NCBI GenBank assembly: GCA_046724655.1
Contig: JBKOWY010000099.1
Span: forward strand, 1-56,439
Length of the DNA: 56,439 nucleotides
Direction: 5' to 3'
DNA from: Actinomycetota bacterium
Lineage (GTDB): Bacteria > Actinomycetota > Acidimicrobiia > IMCC26256 > JACDBD01
Position numbers and translations under genes: made by a program. Shown here piece after piece: positions 28,669 through 37,871 of this stretch; within the stretch, counting starts at the first letter, position 1, and every line of letters starts with the position of its first letter. The notes under the pieces are model-generated. The model was not told where the DNA came from. It ran no database searches and was given only the letters and a program-made list of their open reading frames with translations.

Positions 28669-30273
28669 GTGACCGCGCGGCCGCAAACCACGGTGCTCGA
28701 GGCGTTGAGCCGCCGTCTCGATATCGACCCTGACAGTCCGTACCTCGACTTCGAGGGCGTCGAGTACAGCGCCCGGCGCATGGACGCCGAGAGCAACCGG
28801 CTCGCGCACGCGCTCGCCCGGCTCGGTGTCGGGAAGGGTGACCGCGTCGCGACGCTGCTCGAGAACAGCCCCGCACAGGTGGTGTCGTTCTTTGCCGCGC
28901 TCAAGCTCGGCGCCGTGCAGGTGCCGGTCAACACCGCCTACAAGGGCGACTTCCTCCAGCACCAGCTGGCGGACTCGGGCTCGAAGGTCATCGTCGTGCA
29001 GGGCGACTTCGCCGGCCGTGTCGCGCCCGTGGTCGGGACGGATCTCCCGGCGCTCGAGGCCGCGGTCGTCGTCGGGCCTCCCGACGCGGTGATCGACGGC
29101 GTCCCCGCGCACGACTGGGATGAGTTGCTCGGCGCGTCGTCGGACCAACCGGTGCCCGACGCCGGTGTGCGACCTGGCGACCTGGCTTGCTTCATCTACA
29201 CCGCCGGCACGACCGGCCCGTCCAAGGGCTGCATGCTCCCGCACAACTACATCGTGGCGCTGGCCGATCAGATCGCCCGGACGTGGCAACGGCGGCCCGA
29301 CGACGTCGTCATCACGCCGCTGCCGCTGTTCCACTTCAACGCCATCTCGGTGTGCGTGGTGGGGACGCTCGTCGTCGGCGGCAGGGCGAGCATCGCCCGG
29401 CGGTTCTCGCTGTCGCGCTTCTGGTCCGAGGTGCGCCGGACGGGGGCGACGATCGCGTCGATGCTCGGTTCGTTGGCGATCCTCATCGCCGACGCCCAGG
29501 ATCATCCCGACCAGCAGGGGCACCGGTTGCGGCTGTGCGCGGCGGCGCCGATGCCGCCTGACATCGACCGCATCTGGAACGAGCGCTTTGGATGCAAGAC
29601 GTTCAGCGCCGGCTACGGGCTCACCGAGGCGTCGCTGATCTCGATGCTGCCGGCCGGGGAGGCTAACCGGCCCGGCGCGGCGGGCAAGCCGAACGCGCTC
29701 GACTTCGAGGTGCGGCTCGTCGACGACGACGACGTCGAGGTGCCGGTGGGGGAGATCGGCGAGATTGTGTGCCGACCGACGGGCCCGAACCTGATGTTCG
29801 CCGGCTACTGGCGCCGGCCCGAGGAGACCGTCGCCGTGCTGCGCAACCTGTGGTTCCACACCGGCGACCTCGGCCGCCTCGACGAAGAGAGCTTCCTGTA
29901 CTTCCTGGACCGCAAGAAGGACTACCTGCGACGTCGGGGCGAGAACATCTCGAGCTTCGAGATGGAGCGCACGTTCCACGCGCACCCGGCAATCAAGGAC
30001 GTCGCCGTGCACTCGGTGCGGAGCGAGAAGGGGGAGGACGAGGTCAAGGTGACCGCCGTGCTCCAGCCCGACGCCGAGCTGGACGCAGCCGAGCTATGCG
30101 AATGGTCCGCCGAACGGGTCCCGTACTTCGCGATCCCGCGCTACATCGAGTTCCGCGACGACCTGCCCCGCAACCCCGTCGGCCGGGTCCTCAAGTACCA
30201 GCTGCGCGACGAAGGCGTCACCGACGCAACCTGGGACCGAGAAGCGGCGGGCGTCACCTTCGAACGCCGCTGA
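28669..30273 (+). CDS. ATP-dependent acyl-CoA ligase (CaiC-like)
   Basis: YTAGTTGPSKG, GYGLTE, WFHTGDLG, DRKKDYLRRRGENISS. Confidence 0.93.
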   Translation: MTARPQTTVLEALSRRLDIDPDSPYLDFEGVEYSARRMDAESNRLAHALARLGVGKGDRVATLLENSPAQVVSFFAALKLGAVQVPVNTAYKGDFLQHQLADSGSKVIVVQGDFAGRVAPVVGTDLPALEAAVVVGPPDAVIDGVPAHDWDELLGASSDQPVPDAGVRPGDLACFIYTAGTTGPSKGCMLPHNYIVALADQIARTWQRRPDDVVITPLPLFHFNAISVCVVGTLVVGGRASIARRFSLSRFWSEVRRTGATIASMLGSLAILIADAQDHPDQQGHRLRLCAAAPMPPDIDRIWNERFGCKTFSAGYGLTEASLISMLPAGEANRPGAAGKPNALDFEVRLVDDDDVEVPVGEIGEIVCRPTGPNLMFAGYWRRPEETVAVLRNLWFHTGDLGRLDEESFLYFLDRKKDYLRRRGENISSFEMERTFHAHPAIKDVAVHSVRSEKGEDEVKVTAVLQPDAELDAAELCEWSAERVPYFAIPRYIEFRDDLPRNPVGRVLKYQLRDEGVTDATWDREAAGVTFERR

Positions 30274-30385
30274 TCAAGCCAGCCATGACGCACGGATCGC
30301 CGGTCTCGACGGCACTGAGCTCGTTGTTATGTGCGATCGGCACCTTCCTCTGCCTCGTGCTCGGTCGCTGACGTCTCCGCAGAAA

Positions 30386-30568
30386 TCAGTATGAGATGGT
30401 GCCGTTGTCGTTGACCGTTGCGGTCGCATCGGGGTTGGCCTGCGAGCCGGTGAACGTGTCTTTGCCAGTCGCACCTCGGAATGCGCCAGTCCCACCCGTG
30501 AACGTCAGTTCGCCGTTCTGTATCACGCTGGAGTCGGACTGCAGCATTGCCTTACCTCCGCCGACCGA
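30386..30568 (-). pseudogene. C-terminal remnant of a beta-rich (probably secreted) protein
   Basis: GKAMLQSDSSVIQNGELTFTGGTGAFRGATGKDTFTGS...GTISY* immediately after an in-frame TAA; N-terminus absent. Confidence 0.5.
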
Positions 30569-30771
30569 TTACGCAGGGCTCGACGCCGCTGCCAGCCGGG
30601 TACCGAACGCGTTGCTCGAAGACGGTACGGCGCGGCGGTGGCCGTCCTCGATAAGAACACAGAACGTCGAACCAGAATGACGCTCGGGACGGCCGGTCAG
30701 CACGTACATAGCGCACATCTGGTTTGTCCACAGAGAGCAGGGCGTTGGCCGGCACATGGAAAAATGCACAG

Positions 30772-31182
30772 ATGGCAGTTCTGCCTGACTCGGGTCGGCC
30801 GAGCGAGCGCCTTCGTCAGGAGATCATCGGCTGGCTGACGACGGTCACCCGCAGCGGGCAACCGCAGAGCTCACCGGTGTGGTTCGCGGTCTACGACGAT
30901 GCGATCTATGTCCAGAGCCGGCCGGAGGCCGCGAAGCTGGCGAACATCCGTGCCGGCAGCAAGGTTTCGTTCCACCTCGACAGCGACGGCCTTGGCGGCG
31001 ACATCGTGACCATCGACGGTGACGCGGAGATACTCGATGGGCCGCCGTCGGGCCTGTATGACGCGTATTTCGCGAAGTACGAGAGGGTGATTCGTGAGCG
31101 CCTCGGCACGACGCCCGAGAAGATGATCGAGCAGTACAACACGACCATCCGCGTCGCTCCGCGGCGAGTCCGAGCCTGGTAG
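30772..31182 (+). CDS. PPOX class, probable F420-dependent oxidoreductase
   Basis: IGWLTTVTRSGQPQSSPVWF, KLANI, GGDIV, YFAKY. Confidence 0.9.
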   Translation: MAVLPDSGRPSERLRQEIIGWLTTVTRSGQPQSSPVWFAVYDDAIYVQSRPEAAKLANIRAGSKVSFHLDSDGLGGDIVTIDGDAEILDGPPSGLYDAYFAKYERVIRERLGTTPEKMIEQYNTTIRVAPRRVRAW

Positions 31183-31189
31183 GAGTTCG

Positions 31190-31807
31190 ATGCCCGATAC
31201 ACCTGACGAGCTCGCCGACGTTCCTCCGGAAGAGTTCGTCGCCGCCCGGGACGAGCTGGCGAAGCGGCTGAAGGCCGAGGGCAACGCGGAAGAGGCCGCC
31301 GCTGTCAAGAAGTTGCGCAAGCCCACTGTGGCGCGGTGGGTCACCGAGCAGGTGCGCCGTCGTCATACCCGCGAGGTCGACGCGCTCCGGGAGGCGTCGG
31401 CCGACGTGGCACAGGCCCAAGAAGCCGCCGTCACCAGGGGCGACCGCGACGCGTTGCGCGATGCGACGGCAAAACGGCGGACCGCCGCAGAGGCGGTGGG
31501 CCGAGCGGTTGACGAGGTCCTTGCCAGCAGCGGACGTCCGGTTCAGTACCGCGACGAAGCGGTGAGCGCCATCGAGTCGGACGTCAACGCCGACATCGCG
31601 ACGGGCACGTTCGGTCTTCGAGACGACCTGGAGCTCCCGAAGCGGCCGAAGAAAAAAGCACCGACGCGGGACCTCGCAGCGGAACGCCGTGCCGCCCAGG
31701 CCGAGAAGGCGATCGAAGCGGCCGAGGACCGAGTTCGTCTTGCACGCCACGAGTTGGCCAACGCCGAGTCGGATCTGGCGGCGCTGCGGGACCGCTACGG
31801 ACGCTGA
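31190..31807 (+). CDS. Conserved actinobacterial-type helical hypothetical protein
   Basis: PPEEFVAARDELAK.L...A..VKKLRKPT.A.W motif and C-terminal coiled coil; RBS ggag. Confidence 0.8.
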   Translation: MPDTPDELADVPPEEFVAARDELAKRLKAEGNAEEAAAVKKLRKPTVARWVTEQVRRRHTREVDALREASADVAQAQEAAVTRGDRDALRDATAKRRTAAEAVGRAVDEVLASSGRPVQYRDEAVSAIESDVNADIATGTFGLRDDLELPKRPKKKAPTRDLAAERRAAQAEKAIEAAEDRVRLARHELANAESDLAALRDRYGR

Positions 31808-32589
31808 CCCCAGAAGAGAATGCGCTTGAACGTGTAGAGGTACGGGCGGCGTTCGCCGATCACCTCCAGCAACCGCCGCCGGTAGCGCTCCAAGAAGACG
31901 TCGTAGAGCTCGTCCGAGAGTCGGGCGCGAAAGAACGTGAGATGGGTGCCCTTGACCCACTCGACGACGTCGGCCGACGACGCGAGGTGGTGGGGGTACA
32001 CCTGGAGGCGGACAAGCTGCTCACCGAAGCCGAGCTGGTCGAGGAGCTCCGTGTACGCCTCCGGTGCGAGGACCCGTGTCGCCGGATCAGGCGGAGGATC
32101 GTGGGCGAGCGCTTCGACGAACGGCGACTCTTGCGCGACGTCCATCCCGACGGTGTGCGAGGGGTGGTCGGTGTTGGCCGGGACCTGGACGGCGAGCTGT
32201 CCGCCCGCAGGTAATGCCGCTGTAAGCCGAGTCAGCAGCCGGCCGTGATCCGGAAGCCAGTGCAGGGCCGCGTTCGAGAACACGAGGTCGTACGGCTCGG
32301 GCTCCCACGTGGCGATGTCACCCTGCTCGAAGCGAACGCCGTCTCCCGCAAACGGCTTCGCCCGTTCCAGCATGCTCGCCGAGCTGTCGATGCCGATTGT
32401 CTCCGACGCGCCGAGATGGCGGTGCAGCTCTTTGGTGAGCTCGCCGGTGCCGCAGCCCAGATCGACGATCCGACCTTCGTGCAGGGGCTGCACGAGCGCC
32501 ACGAGATCCCAGAACGGGCGGGACCGTTCCGCCTTGAAGCGTTCGTACTGGTCCGGGTCCCACTGGGTCACGCTTGGCGCATCGGCCAT
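31795..32589 (-). CDS. tam: Trans-aconitate 2-methyltransferase-like SAM methyltransferase
   Basis: WDPDQY..F..ERSRPF.DL, DLGCGTG, SNAALHW, LAVQVP, WVKGT.L. Confidence 0.85.
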   Translation of the reverse strand: MADAPSVTQWDPDQYERFKAERSRPFWDLVALVQPLHEGRIVDLGCGTGELTKELHRHLGASETIGIDSSASMLERAKPFAGDGVRFEQGDIATWEPEPYDLVFSNAALHWLPDHGRLLTRLTAALPAGGQLAVQVPANTDHPSHTVGMDVAQESPFVEALAHDPPPDPATRVLAPEAYTELLDQLGFGEQLVRLQVYPHHLASSADVVEWVKGTHLTFFRARLSDELYDVFLERYRRRLLEVIGERRPYLYTFKRILFWGQRP

Positions 32590-32595
32590 ATGGCG

Positions 32596-33624
32596 TCAGC
32601 CGCGATCGAGGACGAGCTTAGTCGCCGGCTCCAGCCACGCTTCGGCGGCCTGCTCCCAGGGCACGACGGTCGTGGGCACTATGAGGGGATCGAGTCGGCC
32701 GTGCGCGACGAGCTCGAGAACTGGCGGGAGGAGCAAACGCGAGTCCGCCCTCGAGGTGTGGAACGTTACGCCATTGGTGTACATGTCGAGGAGCGGTATC
32801 GGTGTCGTTCTCTCGAAATAGATGGCGACACTGGTGCAGGTCCCGTAGTCGTCCGTCGAGCGCAAGGTTGCCGCGAGCCCTGCGTCGTCACCGGTGGCAT
32901 CAACCGTGATCAGCGCGCGGTCGAACCGGCGGGGCCACGGCCCCTGATGATGCTCGACGTCGGCCCCTAGGGCTTCCGCGGCCGCGCAGCGGGCGAGATC
33001 GGTATCGACGTAGCGGACGTGTTCCGAGCCGAGGGCGATTGCGGCGGCGGCTGCGTACAAGGCGATTGACACGGCCGCACCCCCGACGACGAGGACTTCC
33101 GCGCCGGGCCGGGCGGACAGCTGGGGGCCGACGGCGCGATAACCGTCCACGACGTTGTCCGGCAACGTGCTCAGCATCGTGGCCGGTAGTTCTTTCGGGC
33201 TTGGCAAGAGCATGTGATCTGCAGCGGGCACGGCAAGCAAGTCCGCGACCGCGCCGCCGTGCCCCCCTCCTACTTCACCGAAGCCGAACGCGGCCCCGAT
33301 CTGCGCGCGGTAGGTGTGGCATGCGGCAAAGCGTCCTTGGCGACAGGCCTCGCACACGCCGCACGACACCTGGAACGGGACGAGTACCCGTTCACCGATC
33401 CTGCGCTCCGACACCGCGTCCCCGACGGCGACGATCTCGGCGACGGTCTCGTGACCAACCGGGAAGGGCCCGGGAAACAAGCCGCCTGCGGCCATCGGCA
33501 GATCAACGTCGCAGCGGGCGACGGCGAGTGGGCGCACGATCGCCCCGGCCGGATCCGACGGGTCCGGCTCCGGGGCGTCACGCCACTCGACACGACCGGC
33601 GTCGACGAACGTCAGCTGGCGAAT
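32596..33624 (-). CDS. Zinc-dependent alcohol dehydrogenase family protein
   Basis: RQLTF...RVEW, RCD, GHE, CGVCEAC..C; predicted ATT start after GGAGG. Confidence 0.88.
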   Translation of the reverse strand: MRQLTFVDAGRVEWRDAPEPDPSDPAGAIVRPLAVARCDVDLPMAAGGLFPGPFPVGHETVAEIVAVGDAVSERRIGERVLVPFQVSCGVCEACRQGRFAACHTYRAQIGAAFGFGEVGGGHGGAVADLLAVPAADHMLLPSPKELPATMLSTLPDNVVDGYRAVGPQLSARPGAEVLVVGGAAVSIALYAAAAAIALGSEHVRYVDTDLARCAAAEALGADVEHHQGPWPRRFDRALITVDATGDDAGLAATLRSTDDYGTCTSVAIYFERTTPIPLLDMYTNGVTFHTSRADSRLLLPPVLELVAHGRLDPLIVPTTVVPWEQAAEAWLEPATKLVLDRG

Positions 33625-34376
33625 TTTCGTGCCCTCCAGATCTGCTCGGCGGGCCACCGGCGGGCCCAATCGTCGGGAACGAAGTCGTCGTAGGTCGTCG
33701 TGGCGCCGTCGGGCGGGCGCATCTCGATCAGGTCTTCGACCACGAACCCGTGGTCGCGCAGCAGGCGTATCCACTCGCCGTGCGGCAGCTCGAAGTCCAT
33801 GGTGCCCTCACCGAAATACATGCGCCCAAGGTCCCAGTAGGACCGGTGCAGCCGCGTGTCCTGGCGCTGACGACGCTCGTCCCACGTCAGGTACACGAGC
33901 GGCGTCGACTGGCAGAACGCGAGCAGGCCGTCGGTACGAAGCAGGCGCGCCACTTCGGGCACCGTCACCTTGGGATCACAAAAGCTCATCGCGCCGTGGT
34001 CGCAGAACACCACGTCGAACGATGCGTCGCGGAACGGTGTCGCCTCCGCGCTGGCGGCCACGAAGGGCAGTGCGACACGCGCCGCGTCGCGGTTCGCACA
34101 CGCATGCTTGAGCTGGACGAGCGACTGGTCGAGGCCGACGGGTAATGCACCTTCGCCCGCGAGTGCGATGGACCACTGGCCGGCGCCGCAACCGAGCTCG
34201 AGCATGTCGAGGCCGTCGACGTCGCCGAGCACACCCAGTTCGGACTCGGGAATTCGCCACGCCCCCCACGCCCGCGCTCTGGCGGTGAGGTCGTCGCCGT
34301 GCTGGGCCTGGTAGTCGTCGGCGTCGGCGTCCCAGAACTCGCGGTTGTGGCGCTCGTGCTGCTCGGCGCCGCTCAC
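33612..34376 (-). CDS. Class I SAM-dependent methyltransferase
   Basis: NREFWD, LELGCGAGQWS, FDVVFCDHGA; GTGA-coupled to upstream gene. Confidence 0.9.
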   Translation of the reverse strand: MSGAEQHERHNREFWDADADDYQAQHGDDLTARARAWGAWRIPESELGVLGDVDGLDMLELGCGAGQWSIALAGEGALPVGLDQSLVQLKHACANRDAARVALPFVAASAEATPFRDASFDVVFCDHGAMSFCDPKVTVPEVARLLRTDGLLAFCQSTPLVYLTWDERRQRQDTRLHRSYWDLGRMYFGEGTMDFELPHGEWIRLLRDHGFVVEDLIEMRPPDGATTTYDDFVPDDWARRWPAEQIWRARKFAS

Positions 34377-34777
34377 GCAGAGTCGATGAGCTTTTCGCGC
34401 GCTTCTTTCTGCTTCTGTCGCTGCTTCTTCCACTCCTTGAGAAGCGCCTTGTGCCCGGCCTTGGCCGCCTTGCCCGCGGCCTGGAGGTTTGCATCGATCT
34501 CATCGGCGAGGTTCGAGAACGCGTCGCCGATGCTGTCGAGGCCCTCCTCGAACTGCTTGGCCGTGCTCTTCCAGGCATCGCCGGATTTCTCGGCCGCCCG
34601 ATCGAGGCGGACCTTGAGCTCTGCTTGGCGCTTGCGCAGCACGTCGATCGCCTTCTCGAACCGCTCACGAGCCTCGGCGCCGGCCAGGTCGGCCTGCACC
34701 CTCAATTCGTCGATCTGCTGCTGAAGCTTCTCGAGCGCCTCCCGGGCCTTCGCTCGGTATTCGTCCTGGGTGGCCAT
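34373..34777 (-). CDS. Coiled-coil hypothetical protein
   Basis: IDELRVQADLA.AEARE pattern; RBS gaggag. Confidence 0.8.
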   Translation of the reverse strand: MATQDEYRAKAREALEKLQQQIDELRVQADLAGAEARERFEKAIDVLRKRQAELKVRLDRAAEKSGDAWKSTAKQFEEGLDSIGDAFSNLADEIDANLQAAGKAAKAGHKALLKEWKKQRQKQKEAREKLIDSA

Positions 34778-34835
34778 CACTGCTCCTCGGGTGGGTGGAG
34801 GGCGTTCGTGGGGGACGCGCCCCACCGTAGGCGCG

Positions 34836-35510
34836 TCATCCCTTGGGAAGCACTACGAACGCGAGCGCAGAGAAATGGAGGACCACGGCCACGAGTACGA
34901 AGACGTGAAAGAGCTCGTGGTAGCCGAAGGTGCTCGGCCACGGGTCGGGCTGCTGGGTGCCGTGGATCACCGCCCCGACCGTGTACGAGATGCCGCCCAA
35001 GAGGACGAGCACGAAGCCGGCGACGCCGAGCGACGTCCAGAGCTGCGGGAATGCGATCAGCGCGACCCAACCCAGCGCGATGTAGTTGGCGGTCACCCAG
35101 CCGCGCGGCGGGCGGTACCGCACCCATTCGAATGCGATCCCGACGAATGCTCCGAGCCATACCGCTGCGAAGACGACTGCGCGCGTCCAGCCGGACAGCG
35201 CGATCAGCGAGATCGGCGTGTACGTCCCCGCGATCAGAAGGAAGATGCAGGAGTGGTCGAGCCTGGTGAGCACCCGCGCCTGCCCGGCTGTCCAGTTCCC
35301 GCGGTGCAAGAGGGAACTGGCGCCGAGCATCGCCGAGACCGAGAAGGCGTAGACCAGAGCGGTCCACGTAGCGAGACCGCGTGGCGCGGTCGCGACGAGC
35401 ACGACGCCGAGCGGCAAGGAGATGAAGAACCCGTAGAAGTGCGTCAGGCCGCGCAGGAGCGGCTTGACCGCCTGCTCGGTGATGGCCTCGGCGACGGTGG
35501 TCTCGGGCAC
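34836..35510 (-). CDS. Hemolysin III / PAQR family membrane protein
   Basis: KPLLRG..H, RLDHSCIFLLIAGTYTP, FGYHELFH..V. Confidence 0.93.
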   Translation of the reverse strand: MPETTVAEAITEQAVKPLLRGLTHFYGFFISLPLGVVLVATAPRGLATWTALVYAFSVSAMLGASSLLHRGNWTAGQARVLTRLDHSCIFLLIAGTYTPISLIALSGWTRAVVFAAVWLGAFVGIAFEWVRYRPPRGWVTANYIALGWVALIAFPQLWTSLGVAGFVLVLLGGISYTVGAVIHGTQQPDPWPSTFGYHELFHVFVLVAVVLHFSALAFVVLPKG

Positions 35511-35520
35511 CAGTCGGACG

Positions 35521-35781
35521 CTACTGAGGGTCTGGCGCGCTCGTACCGTCGGTCCGCTCGCGGCGTCGGGCCAGGCCGCGAGCTTCCAGGCTCCGGGTCC
35601 ACGGCGCCAGGAACACGCCGGCGACGGCCGCCGCGACCGCCACGACGATGAGCGACGCGCCCAGGAACAGCGCCACGATGACGGTCAGCAGGAACGCGAC
35701 CGCGGCGTCGATGGCCCAGTGGACGATCAGCGGCCGTGGGGGCCGGTCCGGAAGCGGGCGCGGCGCTTCTCCGTCGGCCAC
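35521..35781 (-). CDS. Small membrane protein
   Basis: Two hydrophobic segments; co-oriented with neighbours. Confidence 0.65.
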   Translation of the reverse strand: MADGEAPRPLPDRPPRPLIVHWAIDAAVAFLLTVIVALFLGASLIVVAVAAAVAGVFLAPWTRSLEARGLARRRERTDGTSAPDPQ

Positions 35782-35793
35782 GCGTGGCGCGCT

Positions 35794-37077
35794 CTACGCG
35801 GTCGGCGACAGGTCGGTGATCTTGACCGGCCCCTCGCGTTCGGTCTTGGGCCGTTTCGCCGTCGCACGCGGCTCCACGTCGACGCCCGCGGCCTCGGCGC
35901 GCAGCGCGCCCACGGTGCACTGCTCTCGCGGTCGGTGCTGGAACGGCTCGTACGAGAAGAACCGCATCGCATTGAGGTGCGTCATGCGGTCGATCTCGTC
36001 GTCGGCGAGGTCGGCGGCGCTGAACTCGCCGTGCAGGCGTTCCGGTGCCCGCGGCCACGTGGTGTCCGAGTGCGGGTAGTCGATCTCGACGGTGATGCGG
36101 TCGACCCCGATGTCGCGCGCGAGCCGGGCACCAACCGCGTCGGAGATGAAGCACAGCACGACGTGCTCCATGAACACCTCGCTCGGCATCTTCGATCCGA
36201 AGTCGGCGCCCGTCCAGGCTTTGTGCACCCGGTAGCTGTGGTCGAGGCGCTCGAGGAAGTACGGCACCCAACCGATCCCGCCCTCCGAGAGCGCGACCGT
36301 GACGTCGGGGAACTTCTTGAACACCGGCGAGTGGATGAGGTCGGCGGCGGCCTGCACGATGTTCATCGGCTGCAGGACGATCATGACGTCGATCGGCGCA
36401 TCGGCCGCCGTCGTCACGAGCTTCGACGACGACCCGATGTGCATGCACACAATGGTTCCCTCGTCTGCACACGCCTTCCAGAACGGGTCCCAGTGGTCGG
36501 AGTGCAGGCTCGGCAGCCCCAGCGGCTCGGGGTTCTCGGGGAACGTCACCGCATGGCAGTCCTTCTTCGCGACGCGGTGGATCTCGCCCGCCAGCGTTTC
36601 CGGATCCCAGATCGTCGGGACCGCGAGCGGAATGAAGCGGCCAGGGAACGTGCCGCACCACTCGTCGATGTGCCAGTCGTTGTACGCCTGGGCGAGGGTG
36701 AGCGCAGCCTCCTTGTCTTCGAGTGCGGCGAAGAGACGGCCGGCAAAGCCCGGCAAAGACGGGAAGTTGAGCGAGCCCAGAACACCGTTCGCGTTCATGT
36801 CGAGGATCCGCTTCTCGATGTCGAAGCAGCCCTCGCGGATCTCATCGAAGCTGGTCGGGTCGATGCCGTACTCCTCCGGCGGCCGGCCCGCGACCGCGTT
36901 CAGCCCGATGTTCGGCACCTCGAACTCGAGGAACTGCCAGACGTCAGTGCCATCGTCCTTGTGCACGATCTTGGGCGCGATGTCGCGGTATTTGGCGGGA
37001 AGATGGCGCTCGAAGAGGTCGGGTGGCTCGACGACGTGGTCGTCGACACTGACGATGATCATGTCTTCGGTCCTCAT
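35794..37077 (-). CDS. Amidohydrolase_2 family protein
   Basis: SVDDHVVEP, AYNDW, MHIGS, EIDYPH. Confidence 0.95.
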   Translation of the reverse strand: MRTEDMIIVSVDDHVVEPPDLFERHLPAKYRDIAPKIVHKDDGTDVWQFLEFEVPNIGLNAVAGRPPEEYGIDPTSFDEIREGCFDIEKRILDMNANGVLGSLNFPSLPGFAGRLFAALEDKEAALTLAQAYNDWHIDEWCGTFPGRFIPLAVPTIWDPETLAGEIHRVAKKDCHAVTFPENPEPLGLPSLHSDHWDPFWKACADEGTIVCMHIGSSSKLVTTAADAPIDVMIVLQPMNIVQAAADLIHSPVFKKFPDVTVALSEGGIGWVPYFLERLDHSYRVHKAWTGADFGSKMPSEVFMEHVVLCFISDAVGARLARDIGVDRITVEIDYPHSDTTWPRAPERLHGEFSAADLADDEIDRMTHLNAMRFFSYEPFQHRPREQCTVGALRAEAAGVDVEPRATAKRPKTEREGPVKITDLSPTA

Positions 37078-37093
37078 GACGGCCAGCGTACCG

Positions 37094-37861
37094 TCAGTCC
37101 GGTGGTTCTTCGCCGGGCGCTTCCGGTTGCACCTCGATGGTGTCGACGTGCACCCCCGCCGGCGCCGTCACGGCTGTCACCACCGCGCGGGCGACGTCCT
37201 CGGGCTGGAGGTACCCGGTGTGACGCTGGAGACCGTAACGGGGCCAGAACTGCATGAGCTCGTCGAGTTGGTCCTGCGGCCAGCGCGCGCCGAATTCACT
37301 GACCGTGGGCCCGACCCGCACGATGGTGGAACGAATGCCGGTGCCCTCGAGCTCCATGGCCAGCGACCGCGCCAGCAGCTCGAGCCCCGCCTTCGTCGCG
37401 CTGTACGCGGCCATGCGCGGGCGCGCGTGGCGCGTCGCGTCCGAGGAGATGAACACGAGATCGCCGGCGTCGCCGCGCTCCAGCATCGCCGCGATCGCCC
37501 GCCGGCTGATCAGCATCGGTCCCAGCAAGTTCGTCTCGACCTCGCACCGCAACGCGTCGTCGGCGATCGTGTGGAGGGGGCCGGGGGTGGCGGTGCCGGC
37601 GTTGTTCACGAGGACGTCGACGGGCCCGAAGGTGCCCTCGGTGGCGGCGAAGAAGTCGTCGATCGACCGCGCGTCCGTTACGTCGAGGACATGGGCAAAC
37701 GGCCGGCCCCCAGCCGCCTCGACCTCCGCTGCGGTCACTTCGAGTCGCACGTCACGACGGGCGCCGACAGCGACCCTCCAGCGCTTGGCGCCGAACGCAC
37801 ACGCGATCGCGCGCCCGATCCCGGACGACGCGCCCGTCACGATCGCCGTCCGCGGCTCCAT
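37094..37861 (-). CDS. SDR family oxidoreductase
   Basis: TGASSGIG, NNAG, YSATK; ATG 37861 inferred. Confidence 0.92.
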   Translation of the reverse strand: MEPRTAIVTGASSGIGRAIACAFGAKRWRVAVGARRDVRLEVTAAEVEAAGGRPFAHVLDVTDARSIDDFFAATEGTFGPVDVLVNNAGTATPGPLHTIADDALRCEVETNLLGPMLISRRAIAAMLERGDAGDLVFISSDATRHARPRMAAYSATKAGLELLARSLAMELEGTGIRSTIVRVGPTVSEFGARWPQDQLDELMQFWPRYGLQRHTGYLQPEDVARAVVTAVTAPAGVHVDTIEVQPEAPGEEPPD

Positions 37862-37871
37862 CGGCCGGAGG

